A DNA stretch of 64,000 nucleotides from Polyangiaceae bacterium. GTDB lineage: Bacteria > Myxococcota_A > Polyangia > Polyangiales > Polyangiaceae. Below are positions 10,124-20,412 of this stretch, in pieces (position 1 is the stretch's first letter; each line of letters opens with the position of its first letter). The notes below the pieces were generated by a model. The model made no database searches and was not told the DNA's origin. It worked only from the letters and a program-made list of their open reading frames with translations. The position numbers and the translations under genes are program-made. Where the stretch lies: positions 2,112,001 to 2,176,000 of the forward strand of contig CBDCTZ010000016.1 of the NCBI GenBank assembly GCA_965222375.1, written 5' to 3'.

Positions 10124-10468
10124 ATGCGAATACCTGTTGCGATTGCTCTAGCCATGACTGTGATGGGCTGCTCAAGCAGTGGTGGTGGTGGTGGTGGTGG
10201 TGGTGGCTCCCAGGCGGTACAGCAGTGCGAAGCGTTCATGGGCGTTACCTGCGACAGAGTACTCGAGTGTGTCCCCGGCGAGTATGCCGCGAAGGCGGAT
10301 TGCCTGGGCGACCTCAGCAAGGTCATTCCGTGCGCTGACGCGGTGTCCGTCTCCGCCAGCTACGATCAATGCATGGACCAAATGCAGGGAGGCTCATGCG
10401 CCGTGCTCTTTCCCGGCGGAAAGCTGGCGCTGCCAAGCAGCTGTTCGGGCGTTATCCAGGTCCTGTAG
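10124..10468 (+). CDS. Small Cys-rich lipoprotein with poly-Gly linker
   Basis: GGAGG RBS; lipobox VMGC; (GGT)8 at 10181-10204 encodes the Gly run. Confidence 0.8.
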   Translation: MRIPVAIALAMTVMGCSSSGGGGGGGGGSQAVQQCEAFMGVTCDRVLECVPGEYAAKADCLGDLSKVIPCADAVSVSASYDQCMDQMQGGSCAVLFPGGKLALPSSCSGVIQVL

Positions 10469-10484
10469 GGGCGGTAGCTCCGCT

Positions 10485-11540
10485 TCATTCTGCTGCGACC
10501 ATCTCCTTGATGTACACGTCATGCTTGCTGTAGGGGATCTCGATGTCGGCTACGCCCAAGGCCTTGTAGACGCGACAATTGAGGTCGTCGAGAATCCTGC
10601 CGCGCTTGGCCGGGTCGTCGATCCACACCAATAACTCAAAGTCCAAACCCGAGCCGCCAAAAGCGCGAAACCGAACTTCCGGCGGCGGATCATCGCAGAC
10701 GAGGTCTGCGCCTTCCACGCACTGATATAGTGTGGCACGCGCCTGGTCGATGTCGCTTCCATAAGCCACGGAGACTTTGACTCGTATCCGCTGCTTCACG
10801 TGTCGTCCTCCGGCCTCGTTGACGATTTTGGAGTTGCCGATCACGGCGTTCGGAACGGTGATCTCCACGTCGTCTCGCGTCAGTATTCGCGTGGAACGAA
10901 GCCCGATGCGAGTTACCTGCCCACGCAAGCCATCGTCGAGGACGATGAAGTCGTCGACCTTGTAGGGAGCATCGGCGAGAATGAAGATCCCCGAAAACAG
11001 GTTGGCCAGGGTGTCTTTGGCAGCAAACCCCACGGCGATTCCGACGATGCCTGCCGATGCAAGCCAAGCGGTCACATTGATGTTCCACGCCAAGAACATA
11101 AAGTAGACGGCGCCGCCCACGACGACCAGCTTGACGAGCATGTCGAATACTGGAACTGAGCCCGGCTGAATGATCGAGGATGCGCCTCGCATTCGGCCAA
11201 TGGTCTGCAGTACCGACGAACTGATGCGAAACGCCGCGCTCGACCAGACCAGGATCGCCAGCGTTTTCAGGCTCCGGTTGACGATCGTTTGCCAGATGTC
11301 CGGCAGCCCGAGATGTGACGTGGCAGTGAACAGGCCGAAGAACAGGACGCTCAGAAAGATTGGCCGCCGGAGCGCTTGCACGATCTTGTCGTCCAAGTCG
11401 GTCTTGGTCTTTCTGGCCAGCGCAAGAAAAGTCTTGCGGACGCAGAATTCCACGAGGAAAGCGGCAATGATCGAGACGGCAACGATGCCAGCTGCCATCA
11501 CGCCATCAATGTCGAGCAGATCGCGAAGTTTCGAGTACAT
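10485..11540 (-). CDS. Small-conductance mechanosensitive channel (MscS family)
   Basis: ASAGIVGIAVGFAAKDTLANLFSG, GQVTRIGLRST, VPN and IPY motifs. Confidence 0.92.
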   Translation of the reverse strand: MYSKLRDLLDIDGVMAAGIVAVSIIAAFLVEFCVRKTFLALARKTKTDLDDKIVQALRRPIFLSVLFFGLFTATSHLGLPDIWQTIVNRSLKTLAILVWSSAAFRISSSVLQTIGRMRGASSIIQPGSVPVFDMLVKLVVVGGAVYFMFLAWNINVTAWLASAGIVGIAVGFAAKDTLANLFSGIFILADAPYKVDDFIVLDDGLRGQVTRIGLRSTRILTRDDVEITVPNAVIGNSKIVNEAGGRHVKQRIRVKVSVAYGSDIDQARATLYQCVEGADLVCDDPPPEVRFRAFGGSGLDFELLVWIDDPAKRGRILDDLNCRVYKALGVADIEIPYSKHDVYIKEMVAAE

Positions 11541-11648
11541 GCTCGGACAATAGGCGCGGTGTACTGAGCGCTCAATAGTGCCTGGAACTAGCGTCAAAGG
11601 TCACGGGCCCACTCTACGGCGCGGTGCCACAGTGGTATGGATGCGAAA

Positions 11649-13043
11649 ATGCTCGGGAATCGGACTCGATGGATTGTCTTTGTCACGCTGCTCGTGGCGT
11701 GCCGGGGCAAAGGGCAGGTGGATACCCTGGCGAGCGCGTCGGCTTCGGCCTCGGTGTCGCCGGCGTTGCTCCCACCAGCGCCGAGCGCGTCGCCGCCCGC
11801 TACGAAGGTCACCATCGTCGAAAAGAAGCCCGGCGAGTATCGGGTAGACGACGATGTGCCGTTGTTGCTGTCACTCAGCGCCTTGGCCGGCGAAATCCCA
11901 ACGGACAAGCTCCCCACAGGGTACCGCCTTCTGCGTGTCCCGGAGGGCTCGCTATTGGCGCGGCTCGGCTTCAAGACCGACGACGAGGTCGTGTCCATCA
12001 ACGGCGTGCTACTTCTGAGCGTCAACAGTCTCAAAGAAGCCTACGCGCGGGTCAAAAAAGGCCACAAGGTCGCGGTGGTTGGCAAACGTGACGGTGCCAG
12101 CTTCGAGCACGTGTATCAGATGCAGCGCAGCCTCTCGCGCTCCACTGGGTCGCGCTCGAAAGCGGGCGCAGCGCACGAGAAGGCTCTGGCGGCGCTGGCG
12201 ACGGGTGTGAAGCGTGTTGGTCCGAGTCGATACCGGATCGACCGCAAAGTGCTCGAGACCCTGGAGCAGCATCCGCAGCTGCTAGGCCGACGGCGCGGCT
12301 ATGCTACTCGGGTTGGTGGAAGCGGCATTCGAGTCTCCAGTTTAGAGCCGTCCGTTTACACGCTGCTTCAGCTGCAACCGCGGGACAAGGTGACGCAAGT
12401 CGGAGGCGTTGCCGTCGCCGATCCGGACGCCTTCGGCGTGCTTCTGGCGAAGCAGAAAACGGCGTTCAAGTTCACCATCGACTACGAGCGTAGCCGGAGT
12501 CCTGAGACGCACAGCTACGAGGTATCCAGGGGGCTTGTTGACGACAAGAAGCTGAAGCCCGCATTGGCGGAGCTTCGCAGCGTGCCCGGTGCAGGGCTCA
12601 GCCGGCGCTCATCGTCCCTCCTGGCCCGCCGAGACTTCGAACGTGCCGTGAAGAAGCGGGGACCTTACAGTTACGAGATCAACGCGTCGGATGTCGCCCG
12701 GCACACCTCCCCCGCTTCCAGGATTCTCAGCTACGCCCGGGTCGTCCCGCTTACTAGCGGCCCAGAGCGCGGCTTGAAGCTGTTTGGCATTCGGCCCAAA
12801 AGCCCCCTAGCCATCCTGGGACTACAGAACGGCGACTTGGTACAGAGCATCAACGGCAAACCCATTGCCGATCTGGACGCGCTCTTCGATCTCTACGATG
12901 AGCAGCCTTCGCGCCTTTCTGTGGGTCTGAAGCGGCGCGGTAAGAGTCTGACCATCGTCTACACGATCAAGGCTGTAGGTTCCGCGACCGGTGGAAGCTC
13001 GCTTCGGCCCAAGCGAAAGCTGCTTCCGAAGATCGTGCGTTGA
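11649..13043 (+). CDS. Multi-PDZ lipoprotein, C-terminal domain GspC-like
   Basis: Lipobox LVAC; three PDZ-like segments (LGFKTDDEVVSING, LQLQPRDKVTQVGG, GLKLFGIRPKS..LGLQNGDLVQSING). Confidence 0.65.
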   Translation: MLGNRTRWIVFVTLLVACRGKGQVDTLASASASASVSPALLPPAPSASPPATKVTIVEKKPGEYRVDDDVPLLLSLSALAGEIPTDKLPTGYRLLRVPEGSLLARLGFKTDDEVVSINGVLLLSVNSLKEAYARVKKGHKVAVVGKRDGASFEHVYQMQRSLSRSTGSRSKAGAAHEKALAALATGVKRVGPSRYRIDRKVLETLEQHPQLLGRRRGYATRVGGSGIRVSSLEPSVYTLLQLQPRDKVTQVGGVAVADPDAFGVLLAKQKTAFKFTIDYERSRSPETHSYEVSRGLVDDKKLKPALAELRSVPGAGLSRRSSSLLARRDFERAVKKRGPYSYEINASDVARHTSPASRILSYARVVPLTSGPERGLKLFGIRPKSPLAILGLQNGDLVQSINGKPIADLDALFDLYDEQPSRLSVGLKRRGKSLTIVYTIKAVGSATGGSSLRPKRKLLPKIVR

Positions 13044-13086
13044 TCCAGTGGGTGGGACCGCGATGTGGTTGGTGACGTTGCAGCTG

Positions 13087-13569
13087 ATGTCGACAAATGC
13101 GAAGCGTGCAGGAATTGTGCTGGCGCTGGCGTTGCACGCCTGCGGCGGGAGTGGCGCTCCCCCGGCAAAAGGCGCAGAAGCGACCGACGTCGTCGTGCCC
13201 GAGCCCGCAAAAGACACGGAGGCTGAGCCCGAAGCTCCAGCGCCAGTAGTTCGGTCCCGCGCCGAACCCGGTCCCCAGTTTTGCAACGCCAACCCCACCG
13301 CTGCCGACACCGAGCGCGCCAAACAGATCTTCCAGCAGGGAATGACCGCCTTTGGCGAGGGTCGCTACGCCGAGGCGGCTGGGCTGTTCGGTGATTCCTA
13401 CGATTTGAGCTGCGCTCCAGCTCTCTTGTTCAACATCGCAACCGCTCACGAACGAAGTGGCGATCGGGACCAAGCCATCGAGGCCTTCGAGCTGTACCTA
13501 GAGCGGACGCCGGATGGGCCGAACTCGGACATGGTCCAGGAGCGTCTGAGGAGACTGCGGGGACGCTGA
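13087..13569 (+). CDS. TPR-repeat lipoprotein
   Basis: Lipobox LHAC; TPR-like helices G..AF.EGRY.EA and LLFNIA..HE..G...QAIEAFELYL. Confidence 0.8.
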   Translation: MSTNAKRAGIVLALALHACGGSGAPPAKGAEATDVVVPEPAKDTEAEPEAPAPVVRSRAEPGPQFCNANPTAADTERAKQIFQQGMTAFGEGRYAEAAGLFGDSYDLSCAPALLFNIATAHERSGDRDQAIEAFELYLERTPDGPNSDMVQERLRRLRGR

Positions 13570-13887
13570 AGGTCACCCCGCGCGTTGGAGGCGCAGCGCT
13601 CTTCTCCTTGTGTTTCGCACTTCGAGCTGCGCTGCACGTCAAGGAAGTTTGGCAAACAGCAACTGCGAATGCGCAGAGGTACGCTAAGATCAGGGGCAAG
13701 AACATTTCTGTCGTGATCGTGATCGTGCAATGAAAGACTTCGACCTCAGCGTGTACTTGACCAACGGCAGATTATTTGTCGGAATCTCACTTCCTCACCC
13801 TGAGAAAGAGTGGGGAGTTGGGCTGGCCACCGTCCATTCCCGTACGGTTACGATGGATCGGATGACCATCCAGCGGGCTGACACCAA

Positions 13888-14175
13888 TCAGGCCTTTTCG
13901 CGCTGATCCGCATCGGCGTTGGTGATGCGGACCCTCCCTCGCTGAAACCAGAAGTACGGCCCCTCTGGGCGCTCGCTCCACACCGCAGCGTGGAAACGCT
14001 GCTCCCGCGACGCAAGCAGAATCCAATCCTCGTCCGAGAAGCTCACATCGGGATCAGCGTTGACGACTGCCTCCCAGTCGCTGTGCGCGACTGCTGGAGA
14101 GCGCTCAATGAAGACATCGTAACCTCGGTCCAGCTCGATCTCGTCGTTATCCGTCGTGACCAACGTCAGACCCAT
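13888..14175 (-). CDS. Hypothetical protein (95 aa)
   Basis: Protein-like composition; TAACGT lies 6 nt upstream of the ATG. Confidence 0.5.
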   Translation of the reverse strand: MGLTLVTTDNDEIELDRGYDVFIERSPAVAHSDWEAVVNADPDVSFSDEDWILLASREQRFHAAVWSERPEGPYFWFQRGRVRITNADADQREKA

Positions 14176-14434
14176 GCCCGCACGTTACCCCGCGAGTCAC
14201 CACAGCGTCCATTCTTGATGCGCTGTCTCGCGCGCGTTTCCCCCGCTCACCAGCCGCGCGATCGCGCGCCGTCACGACAGCTCACCGTCTCCACTTGCGC
14301 TTTGGCGGCGCGTGGCACGGCCCGTGAGCGCGCATCTTCGGCTCGATATTTTCGTCGCGGGTAGGCGTGACCGCGGCGGTGGATGTCGATGCTCGCGTTC
14401 AGCGTCGCTCAGCGGTTGGTCATGGCGGAATTCC

Positions 14435-15754
14435 CTACACGAAATGTCGATGCTCGCGTTCAGCCTCGACATCGTCGGTGTCAGCCTCCTCCCACCAATC
14501 CTCGCTTTCGGTCTCGGAAGGGGCCATCACGCGGGAGCGCGGGCTGGCGACGCGCGCGCGAGGCGTTGGCCGGGCTTCGGCGTCGGTGTCCCGTGGCGGG
14601 CTAGCTTGCTGGACCTGTCGAGCCTCATGACGCGCGGCGGCAGCGCTGTCGGATTGCTCTCGCACATAACGTCCGGCTCGCCTCAAGCCCTGCCGCCCGC
14701 GCCAGCCGGCAGATGACACCGCTTTCGCAGCGCTGCGTAGCCGATGGCCGAAGACGACCGACAGCAGTGTCAGTACAAGCGGCAAGGCAAACTGGAAAAG
14801 CGCCCAAGTGGCTAGGCCGACGACCCACAGTCCCAACAGCGCCAAAGTGACGATCAGCGGGTGGCTGAGAAAGGACCTGCCGTGACGCCACCTTCGCTGA
14901 CGGCCGCTTCGCCGTCGCAGCCGCCGACTTCGCTGACGGCGGCGATCGTTTCCCCTCGTGTCCAGCGCAAGCTCCGCGAGCAACGGCTTGAGCACCCGCG
15001 GTCTCTTGTCCGGGTCGGGCTCCAGCATGGCTGTGAGCGCTCGCGTCAGCCCCGGGTCTACTTGCCCGGCAAGCACTGCCGGGACGTCGATCGAAAGCCC
15101 GCGGTGCGGGAGCGTCTCGGGCTCAGCGCCAGCCAACATCGAAAGCGCTGTCGCGCCGACGGCATAGACATCACTGGATGGCTGCGCTCGGCCTTGAAAC
15201 TGCTCGGGTGCCATGTAGCCGAAGGTGCCGACCACCGTGCTTCCGCCTGCCGGCTTCATACGATCTCGCACCGAGCCAAAGTCGACGAGGGCGAAGCTAC
15301 CGTCGGGACGGCGGATGACATTGGCAGGCTTGATGTCGCGGTGAACGATCGGCGGCGCGTGCCCATGAAGATAGTCCAACACCGGGGCCATGGCGGCTAG
15401 GAAGGAAACCACGTCGCCCTGGGTGAAGCGATGCCCGCGCTTCTGCAATGAGCGCAGGCTTTCCCCTTCGATGCGCTCCATCACCAGATACAGGGCGCCA
15501 TCTTCCTCGAAGGTCTCGACAAAGGCTGGCAGCGCCTCATGCGACAGAGTCGACAGGACCCGTGCCTCCCGCTCCGCTAGCTCGACGTCCTTCCACTCTT
15601 TGGCACCGCGAACCGAAAACCGCTTGATTGCCACCAGCCGGCCGTCGCGCTTATCGACCGCTTCCAGGGTCGTGCCCTGGGACCCTTCGCCCAGCGCCCC
15701 CACGACCGCATAGCGACCCCCGCGCAACCCTTCTGACTGCCTGAGCGCGTGCAT
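14435..15754 (-). CDS. Hanks-type Ser/Thr protein kinase with C-terminal TM helices
   Basis: LGEGSQG, VAIK, HRDIKPAN, DFG, GTFGYMAPE and SDVYAVG motifs. ATG 15754 is preceded by TACATT. Confidence 0.93.
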   Translation of the reverse strand: MHALRQSEGLRGGRYAVVGALGEGSQGTTLEAVDKRDGRLVAIKRFSVRGAKEWKDVELAEREARVLSTLSHEALPAFVETFEEDGALYLVMERIEGESLRSLQKRGHRFTQGDVVSFLAAMAPVLDYLHGHAPPIVHRDIKPANVIRRPDGSFALVDFGSVRDRMKPAGGSTVVGTFGYMAPEQFQGRAQPSSDVYAVGATALSMLAGAEPETLPHRGLSIDVPAVLAGQVDPGLTRALTAMLEPDPDKRPRVLKPLLAELALDTRGNDRRRQRSRRLRRRSGRQRRWRHGRSFLSHPLIVTLALLGLWVVGLATWALFQFALPLVLTLLSVVFGHRLRSAAKAVSSAGWRGRQGLRRAGRYVREQSDSAAAARHEARQVQQASPPRDTDAEARPTPRARVASPRSRVMAPSETESEDWWEEADTDDVEAEREHRHFV

Positions 15755-15838
15755 CGCCCTCAATGTAAGCACGCTCGAACTGAGCTGCAGCGGACGCCGA
15801 TGGGGTAAGAATCGAGGCGAAATTGGCGTGGGCGGATG

Positions 15839-16039
15839 AACAGGAAGGCTGGAAGGGGAGGAAGGACAGAGGAACCAGGAGAATGGTTCGCGGGCGTGGC
15901 AGCGGCGGGCCGCGTGTCTCGCCCAGGGCCGCGCAGCACGTATGGCGGTCGCCAGTCGAGACTAAGGTTCCTCTACTTGGAGCGAGAAATCCGAACAGAC
16001 CCAAACCCTCTGCCTTCCCGACCTTCCCGCCTTCCTGTT
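15839..16039. repeat. Imperfect 27-bp inverted repeat (REP/MITE-like, GGAAGG-rich)
   Basis: aacaggaaggctggaaggggaggaagg (15839-15865) matches the reverse complement of 16013-16039 at 23/27 positions. Confidence 0.8.
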
Positions 16040-16088
16040 TTCTCTCTGCCTCGAAACAGAGCACCGAAGCGGGCTGGGCAGGAAGCCG

Positions 16089-16123
16089 GGGAGGAGGGTC
16101 GGGGCGGCGAAGACCCTCCTCCC
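16089..16123 (-). terminator. Stem-loop just downstream of the MMPL gene
   Basis: Perfect 12-bp stem GGGAGGAGGGTC/GACCCTCCTCCC with an 11-nt loop, ~10 nt past the stop. No strong U-tract. Confidence 0.6.
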
Positions 16124-16132
16124 TTGAAGCGT

Positions 16133-18607
16133 TCAACCACCCGCTGTCGCGGGCTTCGCTTCGGTCGTGCGTGCGGCGGTGAGCGCGAGGACGGCCGGAA
16201 GCGCCCAGATTGCCGTGAGCAGACAGGTGAGTTCGCCCGCGGTGGCGAGCACGCCGAAAGAAAAGAGTGCCTGGTTTTGCGCGACCAAGAGTGAACCAAA
16301 GCCGATGATGGTCGTTGCCGAGCACAAGGCGACGGCGCCGCCGGTTTTTGATAGCGCCGTGCCGAGCCCACCTGCGCCTTCCGCCTGGAAGCGCTTGAGC
16401 ATGTTGATCGAGTAGTCGGCGGCAATGCCGAAAGTGATCGGAAGAGCGACGAAGTTGGAGAAATTCAACTTCTGGCCCGCCCAGGCAACCGCGCCGAGCA
16501 TCAACAATACTCCGGCCGACAGAGACAATACGGCGAGCAGCGAGAGCTTGAGGGAGCGAAATGCGAGGATCCCAATCAGCAGCACGAAGGCCAGGGAGAG
16601 CGCCGTCGCGCGAGGCCCGTCGGACTTCATGGCTCGGGCGATGTCGCTGGAGAGCAACAGCGAGCCCGCGATGTCCGCGTCCTTGCTCTCGCTGGCGGCT
16701 GCGGCGCGTACGTCTCTGGCGAAGGCGTCGATACGATTGGCATCCCAAGTGCCGCTGCCGAGTTTCGGGTACACCAGCACGTTGCGGTCCATGCGCCCGT
16801 CGTGTTCGCGCAGTCCCATCACCAGCGTGTCCGGCACCTGATCCGCTTTCAGGGCAACAAGCGCGCTGTCTTTCAAAGCACCATCGACGAGCTCGCGGTC
16901 TTCTGGTTTCAATTCGGAGAGCAACTTGGGCGTCAAGACGGCCTTCAGTGCCTTGGCCTCCTGCACCGCTTTTTTTCGACTGTCGGGTAGGGCTGTCCGT
17001 GCGCTGCGCACGCTGGCAATCAGTCCGCCGGCGCCCCCGTCGTTCTTCAGCGCGATCAGCTTGTTCTCGATCTTGCGCGCGGCCTCGGCGTTTGGCGCCA
17101 TCACGACGGTAGGCGTCAGGTAACGGCCCAAGGTCTTGTCCATACGAGCGCCCCAGTAGCGCTCACCGCTTTCCCAGGAGTCCCGCCTGCGCAGTTTGGA
17201 AAAATCGTGCTCCATCCAGTCGTGGGTTCGCGTGCTCAGCCCAACTCCGGCGCCCACGGCGAGCAACACCGTGCTGGCGACCACGAGCTTGGGCACTCGC
17301 ACGACCCAGGCCGAGAAGCTGCGCGTCGCTTCCTTGCCTGCGGTTCGCGCTAGCTTGCCACCCCAATACGAGAGCAACGGTGGCATCAAGATGAACGTGA
17401 CGGCCCAACACGACAGCATTCCGAACAGTCCGATCCACCCGAACTGGTTGAAGCCGCGGAAGTCCGTGAGAATCAACGAGCCATAAGCGGTTCCTGCGGC
17501 GAGGGCCGCCGCCAGGGTGGGTCGCCAGGTTCCCTGCACCGCTCGATGTATAGCGGCTTCGAGCTCTTGTCCGGCACGGCGCTCTTCCCGAAAGCGCGCC
17601 AGCAGGATGATCCCGCTGTTGATTCCATTGCCAATGACGATGGAGCCCAAGAAGGCCGTGTTGGAATTCAGGTAGGTCACGGACCAAGGCGGCAGCGCCG
17701 CAACGGCAAATGCAGTCACGGTTCCGATCAGAAGAGGAATGCCGAGTAGGGGGAGTGCGCGGGCACTTCGGAAGTAGAGCAAGATCACGCCGATGACGAA
17801 GAGCAACACCAACGCGCCGGATAGCCCCAGGTCCGCCGCCAGGCCGTCCATCTCTTCCACCCGCGTGGCTACGTCGCCCGCGAACCCAATTCGCATGTTT
17901 GCGGCGTACTTTTCCGGGAAGCCCAGGTCGGCGACGTCGGCCTGAACGCGCGAGAGCAACGCTTTGTCGTTGCCGTAGCCCGTCGATTGGGAGCTGGCCT
18001 GCACCAACAGCACGACGGTCTGGCCATCCTCGGCGACGAAGCGGTCGTTCGGGAAGACCTTGGGTTTACCGTGTTTTTTCTCGTATTTGTCGCGCAGCTT
18101 CTTGATCGGCAGTTCTGGTGGAGGGTCCTCGTCCTCCTCCAGCAGGTCCATATCCATCGCGCGCGTGACCTGATAGTCCCGTTGCTTTTCCACGGCGACC
18201 TTCAGTTCGCGAATGTCCGCTGGTTCCACGAGCTGCAGTGCGTAGGTTTCGGCGAACTTGCGTTCTTGTTTGACGTCCACGCGCACGGCGCCCACTAGCT
18301 CTTTGGGGTACGCCTCAATCCGCTTGGCGAGATCGTCGACGAAGCGATTGGCGGCGTCGACGTTCTTGGGATCTGCCGTATCTACGACCACCCCGAGATG
18401 GCGAATGCCTGGCAAGCGGGAACGCAGAGTCTTGAGGGATTTGACGCTGGGTGCGCTCTCTGGAAGCAGCTGCTCCAGGTCGCTCCGAAGATCTGCGTAG
18501 GTCATTGCCGTGCGGCCCGCGGCGACTACGGCGGCTACTAGGGATAGCGCTAACACGGCGCGGCGGCGGCGCACGAGCCAAGCGCTGAATTGCCCGAAGC
18601 GCGTCAC
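16133..18607 (-). CDS. MMPL/RND-family lipid transporter
   Basis: Two repeats of TM plus large periplasmic loop plus 5 TM; GNGINSGI and GIAADYSI motifs; TTIIGFGSL. Confidence 0.9.
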   Translation of the reverse strand: MTRFGQFSAWLVRRRRAVLALSLVAAVVAAGRTAMTYADLRSDLEQLLPESAPSVKSLKTLRSRLPGIRHLGVVVDTADPKNVDAANRFVDDLAKRIEAYPKELVGAVRVDVKQERKFAETYALQLVEPADIRELKVAVEKQRDYQVTRAMDMDLLEEDEDPPPELPIKKLRDKYEKKHGKPKVFPNDRFVAEDGQTVVLLVQASSQSTGYGNDKALLSRVQADVADLGFPEKYAANMRIGFAGDVATRVEEMDGLAADLGLSGALVLLFVIGVILLYFRSARALPLLGIPLLIGTVTAFAVAALPPWSVTYLNSNTAFLGSIVIGNGINSGIILLARFREERRAGQELEAAIHRAVQGTWRPTLAAALAAGTAYGSLILTDFRGFNQFGWIGLFGMLSCWAVTFILMPPLLSYWGGKLARTAGKEATRSFSAWVVRVPKLVVASTVLLAVGAGVGLSTRTHDWMEHDFSKLRRRDSWESGERYWGARMDKTLGRYLTPTVVMAPNAEAARKIENKLIALKNDGGAGGLIASVRSARTALPDSRKKAVQEAKALKAVLTPKLLSELKPEDRELVDGALKDSALVALKADQVPDTLVMGLREHDGRMDRNVLVYPKLGSGTWDANRIDAFARDVRAAAASESKDADIAGSLLLSSDIARAMKSDGPRATALSLAFVLLIGILAFRSLKLSLLAVLSLSAGVLLMLGAVAWAGQKLNFSNFVALPITFGIAADYSINMLKRFQAEGAGGLGTALSKTGGAVALCSATTIIGFGSLLVAQNQALFSFGVLATAGELTCLLTAIWALPAVLALTAARTTEAKPATAGG

Positions 18608-18616
18608 GGGTCCTGC

Positions 18617-19573
18617 TCACTCAGCCGTCGCGAGCGCCCTGCCGCTCGTCGGCGTAGCTCTCGGCGTTGCGTCGACCCATAGGCCGATGCGCACCAGGAT
18701 GCGGCGCGCCGCGATCACCGCAATGACAGCGACGATCCAGCCCGCGATGGCGTCCACGATCCAGTGATGATCGAGATACACCGCCGCGGAGAACATCAGG
18801 ATGGTGTAGGCGATGTGAATCGGGCGGGTCCGCCAACCCGCAGCTTTCCACGCGGTCAGCAATCCGAGCAGCGGGTAGGCGCAGTGCATGGAGGGCATCG
18901 CACCGTAGACCGAAGCGGCGCGGGAGTAGAAGCGCTGGAAGTAGTCCATGCCAAATAGCGCATCAACCCGAAGCAGCGCGGCAGCGCTAGGTTGTGCGGC
19001 CATATCGATGGTGCAGCCTGCTTCACGCAAGTACCAGGGTGGTGCTGCGGGAACGATCAGCCACATCGCGAAGGACATGAAGTTCGCCAACATGAAGGCC
19101 CACAGGTAGTGCCGCATGCGCTTGCGGTCGACGAAGAAGAGATAGCCCGCGTAGGCAATCGCCACGTAGGCGAAGATGGCGTAGGGCACCGAAAACAGCA
19201 CATCCAGTGCCGGCGTGTTGTGAATGGCGAAATAGTCCTGAAAAGTGACGCCCGGGCCAGCTGGGAAGAGCGCCAGCTCGAAGTCTCGCAAGCCACAGCC
19301 CCACACTCGCTCGGGTGTCAGTACGGCAACTCGCGCATAGCGGACCAAGTCGTAGCCGAAGGCGACCGCAAGATAGGGCACGGCGTCGAGGAAGAAGCGC
19401 TTCGTCTTCTCGGACGTGTAGGCGAGCGCGCCAGCGATCAGCGGGATGATGACGTGCTCCGGTCGCAAGTCCTCTACCGCGTACATGACGACCGCGTAGA
19501 GCAGAGGGATCCCACCCGGCAGTAGCCAGTACACGCCCCAGAGCCTGCTGAGGTGCGCAGCGACGGCGGTCAT
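18617..19573 (-). CDS. Aur1/inositol-phosphorylceramide-synthase-like PAP2 enzyme
   Basis: PAAPPWY, GAMPSMH and YLDHHWIVD motifs in a multi-TM protein. Confidence 0.85.
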   Translation of the reverse strand: MTAVAAHLSRLWGVYWLLPGGIPLLYAVVMYAVEDLRPEHVIIPLIAGALAYTSEKTKRFFLDAVPYLAVAFGYDLVRYARVAVLTPERVWGCGLRDFELALFPAGPGVTFQDYFAIHNTPALDVLFSVPYAIFAYVAIAYAGYLFFVDRKRMRHYLWAFMLANFMSFAMWLIVPAAPPWYLREAGCTIDMAAQPSAAALLRVDALFGMDYFQRFYSRAASVYGAMPSMHCAYPLLGLLTAWKAAGWRTRPIHIAYTILMFSAAVYLDHHWIVDAIAGWIVAVIAVIAARRILVRIGLWVDATPRATPTSGRALATAE

Positions 19574-19657
19574 CTGAGCCCTCCACGCACATTGGCCAGC
19601 GTGAGTTGGCAGCGCGCTGGGCAGTTGAAGTCGGCGCCCATCGAGCACCCTTTCGTG

Positions 19658-20350
19658 TCAGTCCGCTTGGGGCTCGTCGCCGCTCAAGGCGTGTCGCGCA
19701 GCAGAAAGCGCCACGATGGCGCCCACTGCGTTCAGAACGCCCAGGGTGCCGACCCCCAAGAGCATCAAGGCGTGGGGGACCGCAGTTCCGAATTCGACGG
19801 CTCCGAGGGCTAAACACAAGATCAGCAGTACCGTTCGCTCAGCTCGTCGCATGAACAGCGCTGGCAGGCGCGCGCCAAGAGCCTCGGTGCGGGCACGGAC
19901 GTAGCTCACTCCAAAGCCCAGCACCATCGTGGTGATCGGCACGAGAGCCCAACGATCGTGACCAAGATATAGGGCGGCCACACCCATCAGTGGAAACGCG
20001 TCAGCAAAACGGTCGACCGTGGAGTCCAACAACGCACCCCATCGGGTCGTCGTGTCAGTTGCGCGCGCGACGATCCCATCCAACGCATCGAAGAGCCCGC
20101 TGACGAGCACCAAGCCCGCTGCCGCCCACACGTGCCCGGTCGCCACAGCAACGCCGGCCGCCGCCGACAACGCGAGAGCGAAGAGGGTGAGCGCGTTCGC
20201 GCTGATGCCGACTTTGCCCAACGCGAGCCCGACGGAACGAATCATCGAGTAGCCAGCGTGAGCTAGCTGCACATCCTGCCAAACGGTTCCGTGTAGCCGC
20301 TGGGCGATTGGGTCAACGGGGACGGTGTCTGAATCCGTGAGCAATTGCAT
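19658..20350 (-). CDS. CDP-alcohol phosphatidyltransferase (phosphatidylinositol-phosphate synthase-like)
   Basis: Family signature DALDGIVAR...GALLDSTVDR, plus SYVRAR.E and RAER motifs typical of the PIP-synthase subgroup. Confidence 0.88.
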   Translation of the reverse strand: MQLLTDSDTVPVDPIAQRLHGTVWQDVQLAHAGYSMIRSVGLALGKVGISANALTLFALALSAAAGVAVATGHVWAAAGLVLVSGLFDALDGIVARATDTTTRWGALLDSTVDRFADAFPLMGVAALYLGHDRWALVPITTMVLGFGVSYVRARTEALGARLPALFMRRAERTVLLILCLALGAVEFGTAVPHALMLLGVGTLGVLNAVGAIVALSAARHALSGDEPQAD

Positions 20351-20412
20351 GAGCTTGCCGTGGCCCTAGAGGAGTCGAACCACTTACTTGAGTAAGGTCG
20401 TTATAAGCCGCC

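Noticed and set aside
10181..10204. (GGT)8 as a phase-variation switch
   Set aside because: The trinucleotide unit keeps the frame and only changes the length of a Gly linker.
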